A stretch of 64,000 nt of DNA from Eledone cirrhosa (GCA_964016885.1 OZ024743.1:306900001-306964000), one strand, 5' to 3'; shown: positions 25,442 to 40,289, counted from the stretch's first letter. Translations and numbers: made by a program. Notes: generated by a model from the letters alone, not told the origin.

Positions 25442-28328
25442 TAAGCATTTTAAAAAGAGTTCAGAAGTGTTCTTGTTTTGCATAGACTCTTAAATATTAC
25501 ATTCTCACCTTAGATAAAATGAGATCCCTATATTACATCCGGTGTCAAGGTGACGAGCGAAATGGTGGGAGTCGTTCTAATTTCCAATAAAGTTGAAATG
25601 AAATGAAATGAAATTTATAGACTTAGGTGTCCTCCTGCGAGGCAGGAGTTTCCTGTGGTGTTTTAACGAGACCTAAAATCAATCTGAATTGAAGATTCTT
25701 GCTCAAGAATGCAACGCACTGCCCGTCCACAATTCTAACCCACAACCTTTTAATTAAGATTCCAACCCCCTAATCATTAGACCATGCACCTTCACTGTTC
25801 CAACACCTGAAGCGCTGTTGAACCTCTACATGAACCAGATCCACTAAAAACAATTCCAGCGATTTTCTTCTTCAAATAACTGCTCTCTAGAATGCTCTAG
25901 AATGCAGAATCGAATGCGATGTCGAGTGATTAATTGTCTTGGTCACTCCAACTCTCCTATCAATGATGGAATGTTACAAGGCCGGCCCTTTTCTATGATT
26001 AATTCCATGAAAACTGCTCAGATAAGCTTCATTTCTTGATCCAGCTAGTTCGGGAAATTCCTATCAGAATTCGTACTCAGTTTGCTAAATTTAGTCAATC
26101 ACCATTCATACTCTAAGGACACGCTGTATGTTCCACTGACAAGGTGGTGTATACTCCACAAACACATTGTATGTTCCACAGACAAGCTATATGTTCCACG
26201 GACATGCTGTATGATCCACAAACACCCTGTATATTCAACAAATAAAACGATTATTTCTAGACTAACGGAATTGTGAAATAAACACTCTCCTTTTTAATGT
26301 TCTTAACAGAATATTACTTTGAGTTTGTTTTTTATATATATTGTACTAACAAGTAGCCTGCCTAATGTTGGATATACTATTATATGTTTAAATATCACTT
26401 GCCTTGCTTGAAATGACGGCCAAATTTCCCTCAAACAACACCTTACTGCTTTAAAAAATATGGAAACATATTAGATAATGTGGTCTTAAATATGCTATCT
26501 GTATAAAAGAAAAGGGTGTCACGGCTGGAACGATTTTCGTCATAGATTCTCTTGATCTGATTGAGAAGGGTGACCCTAGAAAATGTTAAGCCACGAGAAC
26601 AACAAGAATTGGAATAAATGTCACAGTTTAAGATTTCCAATGACAATATTGTTGTATGTTTGTATTGTTTGGGTAGTGGGAAGAAAAACCAACACCAGTA
26701 TCCAAAATCCAAAATGCAAAATCCAGGGCCTTCTCACTCCTGTTGGAGGAGTCCCTCCCTGGTTGACCTCCACCGCTCATCGCTTCGTAACTCTGGCCAT
26801 ATTTGGCCATATTGGACCATATTGGTCCATATAACGCCGAGGTATCGGGTCAACTCAGGCGTCTGTCTGCTACTGGTACCATGTAACCCAGCATGACCTG
26901 CTTCATGTGTGTCAGCGACTGAACCGGTGCCCCTAACAGACTCTAGTCTGGTGAGGAGAGTAAGTGGTACCCCAGCAGCAAACAAAAAACAAGAGTTACC
27001 AAACAGGTGACTAAACTCTTCAGTGTCAACGGCCATCCACCCAAACTATGGATTAAATAGCCTCACCAATCCGCAATTGGCTAAGTGTGATGAATACGGT
27101 TACAACCCTGAAGACATGACGAAAACCAGTATACCGCTGATTAATTAAGTCTTTAATAACAAACCACGCGAAACCATCCACGATTCTATGAAACCAGGCA
27201 GTTTGCATTAAGGCATTTATATTTATTTAAACCCCTTCCATCATAATTTTATGTAGGAATTTTTATGTTATACGCCAAACAACAGCTTAACTCTTTTGAT
27301 ATAAAATCGCTTGAAATCGACAATGGTTTTATAATATAAAACTGATCAATTCAAAGTGCTTGTAAGTATCTGAAAAACCTTCCCTCATAATTTTATATAA
27401 GAGCCTTTGCTATGTTACACTCTAAACACCTTAATCCCTCAAAATGTTTGATTATTTTCAAAAGTATTTGGAAATAATATGAAGTGTCTTTCTTCAGAAC
27501 AAAGTAATGAAACGGTTATAGAGTTTAAGTATCTAAAAGCCTTCCATCATAATTCAATTAGATAACCTTAATTAAGTTATATTCCATATACCATCTTAAT
27601 AATGCAGTGTCTTTTATTATAAATGTAGTACTGAATGGATTAAGACACTTACATTTATCTAAAAACCTTCCATCCTAATTTCATATGATAACCTTTGTTA
27701 AGTTATGTTCCAAATATCAGCTTAACAACGAACAATTTAGTTAAATCACTGAATCTTTTCGAATTTGGGATTTTGTTTTAATATTCGAAAATCATGAAGA
27801 CTTTTATTATAACAAAAGTTATTGTGTCTCAGGTGTGAAGATGAAAGGAAATGCTTAACCATCTGATGCTTACCTGTATAGGTCCTGCACCGAATTACCT
27901 GGAAATCTGATTTCTGCTTATCACCGACGATGTGGGTTATTTATTTTTTTCCTTTGCTTATATCAATTTTATTTTTAATAAATGTGTATGTATGTGTATA
28001 CATACATACAAACATACAAACATACATACATACATACATTCATACATACATACATACATATTCAAACATACATACATATATACTTATATATATAAATACA
28101 TATATGCATACTCACATACATACATACATATATACATACATATGTGTCAGTGCATGTGAATGAATGTGTGTGTGCATATGCGTGTGTGTAGAAGTGAATC
28201 TCAAAGAATGCTCCACTTCACTGAGCACATAACCATTGAAGCGTGCACTTCCTTTATTTCACTTGCTACATAGAGCTACAAGACACACTACATACATACT
28301 TACAAGCATGCATGCATACATAAATGCG

Positions 28329-28433
<105 letters not shown>

Positions 28434-28454
28434 ATATATATGTATATATATATG

Positions 28455-28589
<135 letters not shown>

Positions 28590-28679
28590 GTAAATGTATA
28601 TATATATATGTATATATATATATACATATACACACACAAACATTAGCACATGCACACATACAACATACAAATACACACG

Positions 28680-28721
<42 letters not shown>

Positions 28722-28742
28722 ACATACAAATACACACACACG

Positions 28743-28801
<59 letters not shown>

Positions 28802-29198
28802 GTATGTTTATACATGTACAATGATTGATTATTTTCCGTTTGCTTTTGTTTGTTTGTAATATCTTTCTCAATATATTTAGCCGCTGGTTGTGACGGTTTC
28901 ATAGCCAATATTCTATTGGTTCTATTGACCCGGCAGCTGTCCTGTCTTTATATACAGCCTGCACTAGACAACCACAATATATAATAGAAATCTTTCCACC
29001 AGCATAGTATGACGAAGACGATTACCACCAGCGATAACGACGGCGATCAGATAGTTGTGGTTGATGATGATGGTGGTGGTGGTGATGGTGGTGGTAGTGA
29101 TGGTGGTGATGATGACGATGACAACGACGGTGACCATAACACCACCATCATCGTGATGACAGCGACGAAGACGGCGACGCTATAAGATTGCTGTTGCT

Positions 29199-29247
<49 letters not shown>

Positions 29248-29366
29248 GTGATGATGGTGATGAAGAAGATGATGATGGTAATGCTGATGGCGATGGCGGT
29301 AGCGGTGGCAGTGGGTGTAGCAGCGGGGTGTGGGGATGACAATGATAAGAATGAAAATACTATATA

Positions 29367-29516
29367 GAAGAAGAAGAAGAAGAAGAAGAAGAAGAAGAAG
29401 AAGAAGAAGAAGAAGAAGAAGAAGAAGAAGAAGAAGAAGAAGAAGAAGAAGAAGAAGAAGAAGAAGAAGAAGAAGAAGAAGAAGAAGAAGAAGAAGAAGA
29501 AGAAGAAGAAGAAGAA
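29367..29516. repeat. (GAA)n microsatellite
   Basis: Read directly. Confidence 0.95.
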
Positions 29517-30008
29517 ACGAAAGAACGAAAGAACGAAAGAAAGAAAGATAGAAAGAAAGAACGACAACAACAGCAACAACGGGACAGAAATAAAGAAGAG
29601 AAAAATAGTGGGAGGAGAAGATGGAGAAATACTAGAAAAATGGCGTCGTCGCGTGCTGGTCTAGCCGCCTTAAAGCGTTTCAGTGTTGTTTGGTGTTTAT
29701 ATTTATTCAATTACGTTATTGATACTATTTATTTGAGCTTTTCATTGGGACTTTGCCACCACCTGATGCTTCTTTATTATCCAGTTGAATACAAATAAAA
29801 GAAAAGAAGGAAGGGAAAGAAGGGAGGGAAACATATTATAAAGCCGTCGACGTCAAGCAAACAAATCGCCATTTTGCTTTCTCGATTTAGCGTTTGACAC
29901 CGACACTATTTAGCTGAATTTAGCTGACAATATATTTTTCTATACACTGTCAGCCTATCTTTCTGTCTGCCTGCCTGTATCACGTTCTCTCTCAATATAT
30001 AACCAGTT

Positions 30009-30081
<73 letters not shown>

Positions 30082-30086
<5 letters not shown>

Positions 30087-32374
30087 AATAATGATGGCTG
30101 CGCGTTGCAAATGGTGGTGCATATGAAAAAGTAAGTCCTTCATCAGTGACCCTCCAACCGTCCCACGCATTTCATCGCTTTAAGGGCCATATGCCTCAGG
30201 TTGGTGCGAACAACGGCTAAAAAGAGTCGTTGGGACACGTAAATAAAGGGGACGTTAGGGTAACAAACAAAATGGTTTAAGCAACGGAAAGTGAGAAGAA
30301 ATAGACAAGTCCCAGATCTCTATGAATATAAACTCGGTGAAATCGTGAACAAGAGACAAAAGACCATCAAACCTGGTTGAAATGTGAGCAAGGAAGGAAT
30401 TTCGCACAGGTCTAACGGGAGAAGAAGAAGAAGAAGAAGAAGAAGAAGAAGAAGAAGAAGAAGAAGAAGAAGAAGAAGAAGAAGAAGAAGAAGAAGAAGA
30501 AGAAGAAGAAGAAGAAGAAGAAGAAGAAGAAGAAGAAGAAGAAGAAGAAGGGGTCTGGTCTACGAATTCGGTAAACATAAGTTTTGTGAAGTCGCAGACG
30601 AGAGAGAGAGAAAAAAATGCCATACCAGCTTGACCAAGACCGCGCGAGAAAAGAATTACACACAGGTCAAACTTGAAGGAGGAGGAGGAAAGAGGAGGAG
30701 GAGAGGTAGTTACAGAGAATGAGTGAGTGAAAGTTGAGGAGGAGGCTAACAGAGAGAGAGACTGCTAGAAAGGGTAAAAGGTACAAAGAACGAGAAAGGG
30801 TAAAAGGTACAAAGAACGAAACAGACGGGTGGCAGCAGAAGAAAGATTATGTGTAAATATGATAATAATGATGGCTGCGCGTTGCAAATGGTGGTACATA
30901 TGAAAAAGTAAGTCCTTCATCAGTGACCCTCCAACCGTCCCACGCATTTCATCGCTTTAAGGGCCATATGCCTCAGGTTGGTGCGAACAACGGCTAAAAA
31001 AAGTCGTTGGGACACGTAAATAAAGGGGACGTTAGGGTAACAAACAAAATGGTTTAAGCAACGGAAAGTGAGAAGAAATAGACAAGTCCCAGATCTCTAT
31101 GAATATAAACTCGGTGAAATCGTGAACAAGAGACAAAAGACCATCAAACCTGGTTGAAATGTGAGCAAGGAAGGAATTTCGCACAGGTCTAACGGGAGAA
31201 GAAGAAGAAGAAGAAGAAGAAGAAGAAGAAGAAGAAGAAGAAGAAGAAGAAGAAGAAGAAGAAGAAGAAGAAGAAGAAGAAGAAGAAGAAGAAGAAGAAG
31301 AAGAAGAAGAAGAAGAAGAAGAAGAAGAAGGGGTCTGGTCTACGAATTCGGTAAACATAAGTTTTGTGAAGTCGCAGACGAAAGAGAGAGAGAGAAAAAA
31401 TTCCATACCAGCTTGACCAAGACCGCGCGAGAAAAGAATTACACACAGGTCAAACTTGAAGGAGGAGGAGGAAAGAGGAGGAGGAGAGGTAGTGACAGAG
31501 AATGAGTGAGTGAAATACGTGTCCCAACGACTTTTTTTAGCCGTTGTTCGCACCAACCTGAGGCATATGGCCCTTAAAGCGATGAAATGCCTGGGACGGT
31601 TGGAGGGTCACTGATGAAGGACTTACTTTTTCATATGCACCACCATTTGCAACGCGCAGCCATCATTATTATCATATTTACACATAATCTTTCTTCTGCT
31701 GCCACCCGTCTGTTTCGTTCTTTGTACCTTTTACCCGTTCTCGTTCTTTGTACCTTTTACCCTTTCTAGCAGTCTCTCTCTCTGTTAGCCTCCTCCTCAA
31801 CTTTCACTCACTCATTCTCTGTAACTACCTCTCCTCCTCCTCTTTCCTCCTCCTCCTTCAAGTTTGACCTGTGTGTAATTCTTTTCTCGCGCGGTCTTGG
31901 TCAAGCTGGTATGGCATTTTTTTCTCTCTCTCTCGTCTGCGACTTCACAAAACTTATGTTTACCGAATTCGTAGACCAGACCCCTTCTTCTTCTTCTTCT
32001 TCTTCTTCTTCTTCTTCTTCTTCTTCTTCTTCTTCTTCTTCTTCTTCTTCTTCTTCTTCTTCTTCTTCTTCTTCTTCTTCTTCTCCCGTTAGACCTGTGC
32101 GAAATTCCTTCCTTGCTCACATTTCAACCAGGTTTGATGGTCTTTTGTCTCTTGTTCACGATTTCACCGAGTTTATATTCATAGAGATCTGGGACTTGTC
32201 TATTTCTTCTCACTTTCCGTTGCTTAAACCATTTTGTTTGTTACCCTAACGTCCCCTTTATTTACGTGTCCCAACGACTTTTTTTAGCCGTTGTTCGCAC
32301 CACCTGAGGCATATAGCCCTTAAAGCGATGAAATGCCTGGGACGGTTGGAGGGTCACTGATGAAGGACTTACTT

Positions 32375-32380
<6 letters not shown>
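30082..32380. mobile_element. ~777-bp tandem array (~1.85 units) plus inverted ~1.15 units; retrozyme-like; each unit holds a (GAA)n tract
   Basis: Units start at 30082 and 30859; inversion at ~31515; (TA)n flanks; the right arm lacks the ~40-nt tail. Confidence 0.8.
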
Positions 32381-32429
<49 letters not shown>

Positions 32430-32477
32430 TATTAATTCAAAATATTAACAAAATAGATATTCTTGTGATCAAGTATA

Positions 32478-32540
32478 TTTTATTATACATATTTCAGAGG
32501 TACTGAGTTAAGTTCAACAGTACGTCCTCATCAGATAAAA
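32478..32540 (-). ncRNA. Minimal type I hammerhead ribozyme in pLTR fragment 32430-32642
   Basis: ttttat-CTGATGA-ggacgtactg..cagtacctct-GAAA-TATGTAT-A-ataaaa. Confidence 0.75.
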
Positions 32541-32638
32541 TAAGATGATACACGACATACCTTGACATAGTAGATGGTTAAGATTCAGGCATTGTAAAAC
32601 TCATTCTTTGATGTATTCATTGAACCTTGTTTAACTTT

Positions 32639-32740
<102 letters not shown>

Positions 32741-32891
32741 GAATAGCTTTCACCGTACTTTTCAACTAAAGAAATTTTAGTCTGATAATGGGGTTTAGAA
32801 CCCTCAGATAAATGGAAAAAGATGAGTATTGACGTACATTGACATACTTACTTGTCATATATATATTTATATATATATATATATATATATA

Positions 32892-33660
<769 letters not shown>

Positions 33661-33796
33661 GTATATATATGTCTTTAATGCGTTGAAATGTCCAAGACCC
33701 CCAGCAGACAACTGATGAAGGAAAATTTTCTCCCGTTCTTGTTTTATCTTTTTATAAGTACACCTTATCCACCAACTACACAGCTCTCTGTTTATT

Positions 33797-33854
<58 letters not shown>

Positions 33855-34139
33855 GTTCAAGAGTAACCAATCTTAAAGAGAGAGATAGAGATAGGAGAGG
33901 AGGGATTGGTGAATTAGTTAGACGCCAAAGCGTAAAGAGCAATATATGGAACATTGCATTTATGTAACATTCTTTCCTTATTTTAATTTATATTCCTTTT
34001 GAAGTGCCGATGAGCTGATCTATTTTTACCTATGTTAATTATTTTCAACTGAACCAGATCAATAATGATCTAGAATCATTTGATCCAGAAACATTATATG
34101 GAGTATCGAAACAATTGTAAACGGACATTATTATTATTA

Positions 34140-34712
34140 GTGAATTGGCAGTATCGGTAGAGGGTCGGACGCCATGCTTTCCAGCATAGTTACGTCCCTT
34201 TACAGTCTGAGTTCAAATCCCGCCGAGGTTAACTTTGCCTTTCATCCTTACCGGGTCGATAAAATAAAGTACCAGTAATGCACTGGATTAATTGCTGGCC
34301 TTGTGCCAAAAGTTGAAACAATTATTATTATTAATATTAAAAGGGCGGTAGATTGGCAGTATCAGTAGAGGGTCGGATGCAATGCTCTCCAGCATAGTTA
34401 CGTCCCTTTACGATCTGAGTTCAAATCCCGCCGAGGTTGACTTTGCCTTTCATCCTTACGGGGTCAATAAAATAAAGTACCAGTAATACACTGGGTAATT
34501 GCTGGCCTTGTGCCTAAAGTAGAAACAATTATTATTATTAATATTACGGCCCTTTTTATTATTAATATTACGTAACATAGAGTTACGGCCCTTGCCATTC
34601 TGAGTTCAAATCCCGCAAGGTTAACTTTGCCTTTCATCCTTACGAGGTCGATAAAATAAAGTACCAGTAATGTACTGGGTAATTGCTAGCCTTGTGCCAA
34701 TAGTAGAAACAA
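34140..34712 (+). mobile_element. Three tandem tRNA-derived SINE copies (MetaSINE-like core, (ATT)n tails)
   Basis: A-box tggcagtatcggtag, B-box gagttcaaatcc, and the core repeated three times. Confidence 0.85.
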
Positions 34713-34866
34713 TTATTATTATTAATATTATTATTATTATTCTCTACATTGCTTACATCAAACTAAAATATGTTGACAATCTTTTAATAATGTCTTCCTT
34801 GTGAAATTTGTGGTCTTGTTTTGCTTAACTAATGAATATATATATATATATATATATGTCTCGTAA

Positions 34867-34918
<52 letters not shown>

Positions 34919-34923
<5 letters not shown>

Positions 34924-35695
34924 GCTTTTGCCAATATTGACTTATATCGAGACAGACAAATTGTATTCATTTTAATTAGTTTATTTCATTCTAGCTAACC
35001 TTGTCTGTTACAATACAAACACGTATGTGTTTATCATATATTAATATATATTAACTTGTATTTCACTGCTCGGAAATGCTTCTTTCTTTGAGCTGATTAA
35101 TTGTAAATGACTTTGAGTTTAAACTCTAAATATAATATAATATTATTGCTCCTTAACTGTAGAGCTAATTTTTAATCCCATAAAAACGGCTGTTATTTCT
35201 AGCACCGGGAGTATGGAATGGCTAGTATAGCTGATTATACCACGTGTGAATCAGTCCTGCAAAATTTTTGAGGTGAAATGTACTAATTTTACTGGATTCC
35301 TATTGATAAGCACAGAAGATTTGAATATTTCACTTTGTATATTTCAATTTTTTTATATTTCAATTTTTATACCATCGTTGCGAAACATATTTAGGTTTCG
35401 AAGTTCAAATTCATCTACGGAGCAGGTTTGGATTTTGAAATTTAAATTTTTCCAGGAATCACGGCTTTTGCCAATATAAACTTGTCTTTATTGACTTATA
35501 TCGAGACAGATAAATTGTATTCATTTTAATTAGTTTATTTCATTCTAGCTAACTTTGTCTCTTACAATACAAACACGTATGTGTTTATCATATATTAATA
35601 TATATTAACTTGTATTTCACTGCTCGGAAATGCTTCTTTCTTTGAGCTGATTAATTGTAAATGACTTTGAGTTTAAACTCTAAATATAATATAAT
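34919..35695. repeat. ~550-bp-period partial tandem (~1.4 units) between (TA)n tracts
   Basis: 34919-35140 is repeated at 35459-35695. Confidence 0.75.
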
Positions 35696-35747
35696 ATATA
35701 TATATATATTTGTTTTGCGAGACATACAGTACAGGAGGAACATAATA

Positions 35748-35792
35748 GTACCACTGATGATGTTGTAGATGTGCAACGAAAGAACTTTGTTA
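35748..35792 (+). ncRNA. Candidate minimal HHR
   Basis: tacca-CTGATGA-t-gttgta-gatg-tgcaac-GAAA-gaact-t-tgtta. Confidence 0.55.
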
Positions 35793-36003
35793 GACTATAT
35801 ATGTGTTTATACCTGTATTTTTTATCGTTGGTCAATCAATGATAAACAAATGAATTAACTGTGGAGATATAAAAGATACAGAAGCGAAAACCAACCAAAC
35901 AGTGAGTGTGTTCTGTTATTATTTCTGGCTATATTATTACAACAATATGAACCTCCCCAAGTATAACAATATATATATATATTTATTAAAATAACAGATT
36001 AAA

Positions 36004-36052
36004 GTTTAAGCAAAGAATTGCTGCTTTCACCCTTAACGGGATCTTCTGAAAC
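36004..36052 (-). ncRNA. HHR with variant core (CAGAAGA), 3' pLTR
   Basis: gttt-CAGAAGA-tccc-gttaa-gggt-GAAA-gca..tgc-TT-aaac. Confidence 0.65.
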
Positions 36053-37008
36053 TAACAAAGTCAATCTGTGAACGCAGAAGTGAATATTTCAAAAAAACGT
36101 TGCAACCGGAGGAAGACAGGAAGACGATACTTTGGTTCGTGGAAACGTTCGCTGGCAAAAGAACAGGAAAAAAAAACGAATATAATACGTCATTATTTGG
36201 ATTGGTGAAAAACAATTACGCGCAAAGACAGAACCACGTTTATGGTATAAAAGAGGTCGTAGACTAATGTTCTCTTAGGTGGTTCATAGAGACGTTCTCT
36301 GACAATGAACGAAAAAACGAAGATAATACGTCATATGTGGAGCGTGGAGAACAATTGCACGCAAAGACAAAACCACGTAAATGGTATAGCAGAAGTCGTA
36401 GACTAAAATTCTAACTAGGAGATCGAATGAATCTCCGCTTCAGAGTTAAGAACAAAGTAAATAAATACAATACAGAGGTAATAGAAATTAAATAAATACA
36501 TACACGCATACAAATACGTACATACACAAGCATACGCGAAAACACTTACCATAGGTATACAAAACCACGCACATATAAATATGTGTGTGTGTGTATGCGT
36601 GTATACAAATAAATAAATAATTAAATAAACGTATATAAATAAACAAATACGTATATAACAAGCGCACACACATACCTACATGTAAATACACAAATGTTCG
36701 GAGACGTAAGTCAACCAAATCATGAAGTACACATATACACACACCCTACATACGTACGAACCTGCATACTCACACAGACGCAAAACATCCGTATACACAT
36801 AACCAAAAGGATATGTACCAGAATATATAAAATATACGCCATAACATATACAATTAAATATACGTACGAGAAAGTATACGTACCTTCACAAAACATACAT
36901 GTAATATATACTTACCTATACAAATAAGTAATGGTATAAACATAACATATACTTAGCTACCACATCAAGACGTAAAATATCCACGTATAGATCGTACAAT
37001 CCGTTAGG

Positions 37009-39122
37009 CTATAATGTGGGGCTGTAATACAGGAAAGTTTTGTGCAATTTATGTTTACAAGCCGAAATTGCCTGCGATTTTTTGTTTAATAAGTGGTCTG
37101 TGGCGTAGAGTATTTCCAGGGCCTTAGCGGCGCAGAGGTCACATGGTCTTTTATTGCCGTTATACTATCTAGCCCTAGCTAGGATCTTCCAGTGTAACTT
37201 ATATTGGGTGTGGTTGTCTTTTAGACGCCAGATATAAGCTGAAAGTGACGTCATATTCCTTCTTAGAGGGTAACGAAAAGAATGGGTATGCATGTAAAGA
37301 CGCTGCTTGAATCTATTGGCGGTTAACCCTATGTAGGACATACGGGACGTGGGTGTTTCAACCTTACATTTGTAGACAATGTTACTAGAGAGGCATTTCC
37401 CGGATAGGGGCAGTCAACCCGATTCCTACAATTACAGTTAGTACTAATTACAGGGTTGCACGTGTTCCTACGGCTAGGTAGTTTAGCTAAATTTGAAGCT
37501 GTGATGTTATGTGCAAGGTCAGGAGTCGTAGAGTAAGAAATTTTAATAGTATTTCTATTAAAAATGTTACTATATTTATGTGTAGGGGGGGGGGGGAATG
37601 CTTCGTAATAAGGGAGAGAAAGATCTTAACTAATGGTGTGGCCACCTCCATATTATATGGTGGGTTATACCATATAATGCGTCGGGATCTATTTCTTCTA
37701 GGTCTATTCTCGTACTCTGTATATGCTACCTTATCGACAAATCCACTCCGAGCAAGAGCTTCATTGTAATATGTGGAATGGTCGTTGAAAATAAGCTCGT
37801 TAGTAGAAAGACGGGAAAGCCTCAAAGAAACGTTTCTTACCAGGTTCTTGGTTATGCTGGCAGGATGGTTAGAATGCTTACTTATGTAATTAAGCGTATC
37901 ATTCGGCTTTCTATACGGGTAATACAAGCTATTCGATAAATTGAGGGTAACGTCGAGGTAATTAACGACCGAGAGGTTGGCCTCAACCTTTATAGAGAGG
38001 TTGAAGCCCTTAAAGAAGGCTGTGAGTTCTTTTCTGAACCTGTCGCAAGCACGTGGGCCGCACTTAGTCATGGTCAAAAGACCATCATCACGGTACAAAC
38101 CACAGCCCACGTTGGGGAATTCGTCCTTGATAAAAAAAAGAAGGAAAAGGCCGATAAGATCAGTAACCTCCGCAGAATCGCTGGCGCCCATACTCACATC
38201 GAATGGGGTACTATTAGATTTGTTAATCCAAATAGAGTCGTCGAAATTAATCTGACTTACGGGCATTGAGGATGACATCAACTTCGAAATCCTTAACCAC
38301 TGTGAGTGTTTTAGCGAAATTGATAGCTCTAAGAAGTGGTAAAGTGATGAAGGAGTAGTAATTATTGATGTCGAATTAGATAAAACGGCAATGTTCCTTG
38401 TTGCATATGCCGTTGAACCAATCAATCACCGCGAAAGAATTGTTCCACGGTGCAAGAGGGGCCAAACTTCTAATTTCAGGTATAATTCTATCAAGAATCC
38501 TTTTACTAAGTCTACCTAAATCGGACTTCGTAGGGTTAATAAGCCGAATAGAGGGGTTGTTCGGAAAATTGGATTTGTGATCCTTCAGGGTAAAGTGGGG
38601 AGAGATAGGGTCCAGAGGTTCGATCCGGTCCAGGATGTTGAGATCAGAGGTGATTTTAAACCCAGCATCGTTGATTTCATTAATGACGCACCGATTAGTT
38701 TTACGGTAATCCTTAGTTACAGCATTATGTAGCAGTTGAAGGTAAGTACTGCGCTCCACTTGATATAGGTTGCCAGTTTTGTCGGAATGGACGTGCACAG
38801 CATTAGAATCCTTAATAGAACGAATTCTATTCTTCAGGTCCTGCTGGAAGGAATTGCTCCTATTCCGAAATTTGATACTCCGTATGAGTTCCAAGACATC
38901 ATTTTCGAAGGGTAGCAATGCTGGGTTACACGGGGGGTTATTATAGGTTTCAAACCGAAATTTATCCTGTTTGTTGTCAGCTTGTCGCTGATTATCGAAA
39001 TAAAAGGCACGCCAACGCAACCTTTTAATGAACGCGTCCGTTTTCTGTATCAGGAGTTTTAGGAATGTTTTCCTGCTTGGTACGGGTATGTTCTTTGTAG
39101 AAATATTCAGATGTTTCTGCAT
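37009..39122 (-). pseudogene. PLE ORF: RT plus GIY-YIG endonuclease, frameshifted
   Basis: Track ORFs 38376-39122 (DKTGNLY, RLINPTKSDLG) and 37487-38425 (MGASDSAEV, GLYRDDGL, YLDVTLNL, YPYRKPN, IIWYNPPY). Manual translation of 37440-37009 gives CNC..CP, IVYKC, YIGLT..FKQR, CDLC, CKH. Confidence 0.88.
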
Positions 39123-39277
39123 GATGGATATAAGTCAATAGAGTGCTCAATCGAGGGAGCCAAATAGTAATAATAATAAATTTGAAGACTAAAATCCAAA
39201 GAGGGCTCGATAGGGATAAATATATATCAAATATATAAGAACCGTAGAGCAAATATTTATTAAAATAACAGATTAAA

Positions 39278-39326
39278 GTTTAAGCAAAGAATCGCTGCTT
39301 TCACCCTTAACGGGATCTTCTGAAAC
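39278..39326 (-). ncRNA. HHR with variant core (CAGAAGA), 5' pLTR
   Basis: Same fold as 36004-36052, about 155 nt upstream of the ORF ATG. Confidence 0.65.
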
Positions 39327-39344
39327 TAACAAAGTCAATCTGTA

Positions 39345-39644
39345 AGTCTGATTCACCATCTTGGGTCCTATTCCCCTCTTGGACTCAACCCATCTCCCCA
39401 ATTTCTCTACTACCCCATCCATTATCACACCCCTAGATTCCTATTTCTTGATGATTAACATCTACTCTTACAACTAATACATGCCGACTATTTATGCTCA
39501 CTCCACTTTTCCCCTCACTGCTCTATATACACACATCCATACCCTTCTATTAACATACTTTTTCACATAGCTTCGTACTTACATGCACACACTCTTTTAC
39601 TCACATATACACACACATTTCTTCTTAGCTTCGTACGGACGTAT

Positions 39645-39719
<75 letters not shown>

Positions 39720-40070
39720 CTTACGCACGTGCATAAGTATAGCGCTTTTTACAAAATGTTTTTTTTTCCATTTCAGGTCGACGCGCTCCATCATCCACTT
39801 TTCTAAAAAATAAATCATACACAAAACGCCAGCACCAACAGTTTTGCAAGAGATGTCAACATATATGGACCTGTTATTTTTATCTAAGGACATTTTTTCC
39901 AATTCCATCCCTCCCGTCCCCTCAATCTATCTTATTTCTCATTCTTTCTTCTGATGAAGGACTAACGTCCGAAATGTTAAGACCCTCTTCCTGCTATATC
40001 AAATGTTAACCTAATATATCCCTTCCATATACTGTACCGATTGTGTTATTATTTCTGTTTACTTTTTACA
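39345..40070 (+). mobile_element. PLE 3'UTR/pLTR remnant
   Basis: Family repeated at 24160-24375, 47812-48193 (inverted) and ~57080-57255; contains an HHR. Confidence 0.65.
39947..39982 (+). ncRNA. Ultra-minimal type I HHR (36 nt)
   Basis: tctt-CTGATGA-a-ggac-taac-gtcc-GAAA-tg-T-T-aaga. Confidence 0.7.
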
Positions 40071-40071
40071 T

Positions 40072-40182
<111 letters not shown>

Positions 40183-40289
40183 GAGGGGGGATAGCAAAGT
40201 GTATATATTAAGAACCAAACGAGGTTTCACATTAAGGTTTTATTGATTATGCTGTTAAGACCGTTCCACAGATGGGTGGCTCAGCATCG

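Larger units (their letters stand above)
35981..39343 (-). mobile_element. Near full-length Penelope-like (Naiad-type) retrotransposon with two pLTRs
   Basis: Direct repeat 35981-36069 / 39255-39343, each holding an HHR, flanking a frameshifted RT plus GIY-YIG ORF. Confidence 0.9.

Noticed and set aside
31540-31625. Pistol or twister ribozyme in the 777-bp unit (cccttaaagcg, gtccca, gaggg)
   Set aside because: The required P1/pseudoknot pairings could not be formed.
34140-34230. tRNA gene (A/B boxes)
   Set aside because: It is a SINE head repeated many times, with no cloverleaf.
37009-37440. Selenocysteine recoding, as reported for some Naiad PLEs
   Set aside because: Conserved Cys positions read as Cys here and in 7690-8352; no in-frame TGA pattern or clear SECIS seen.
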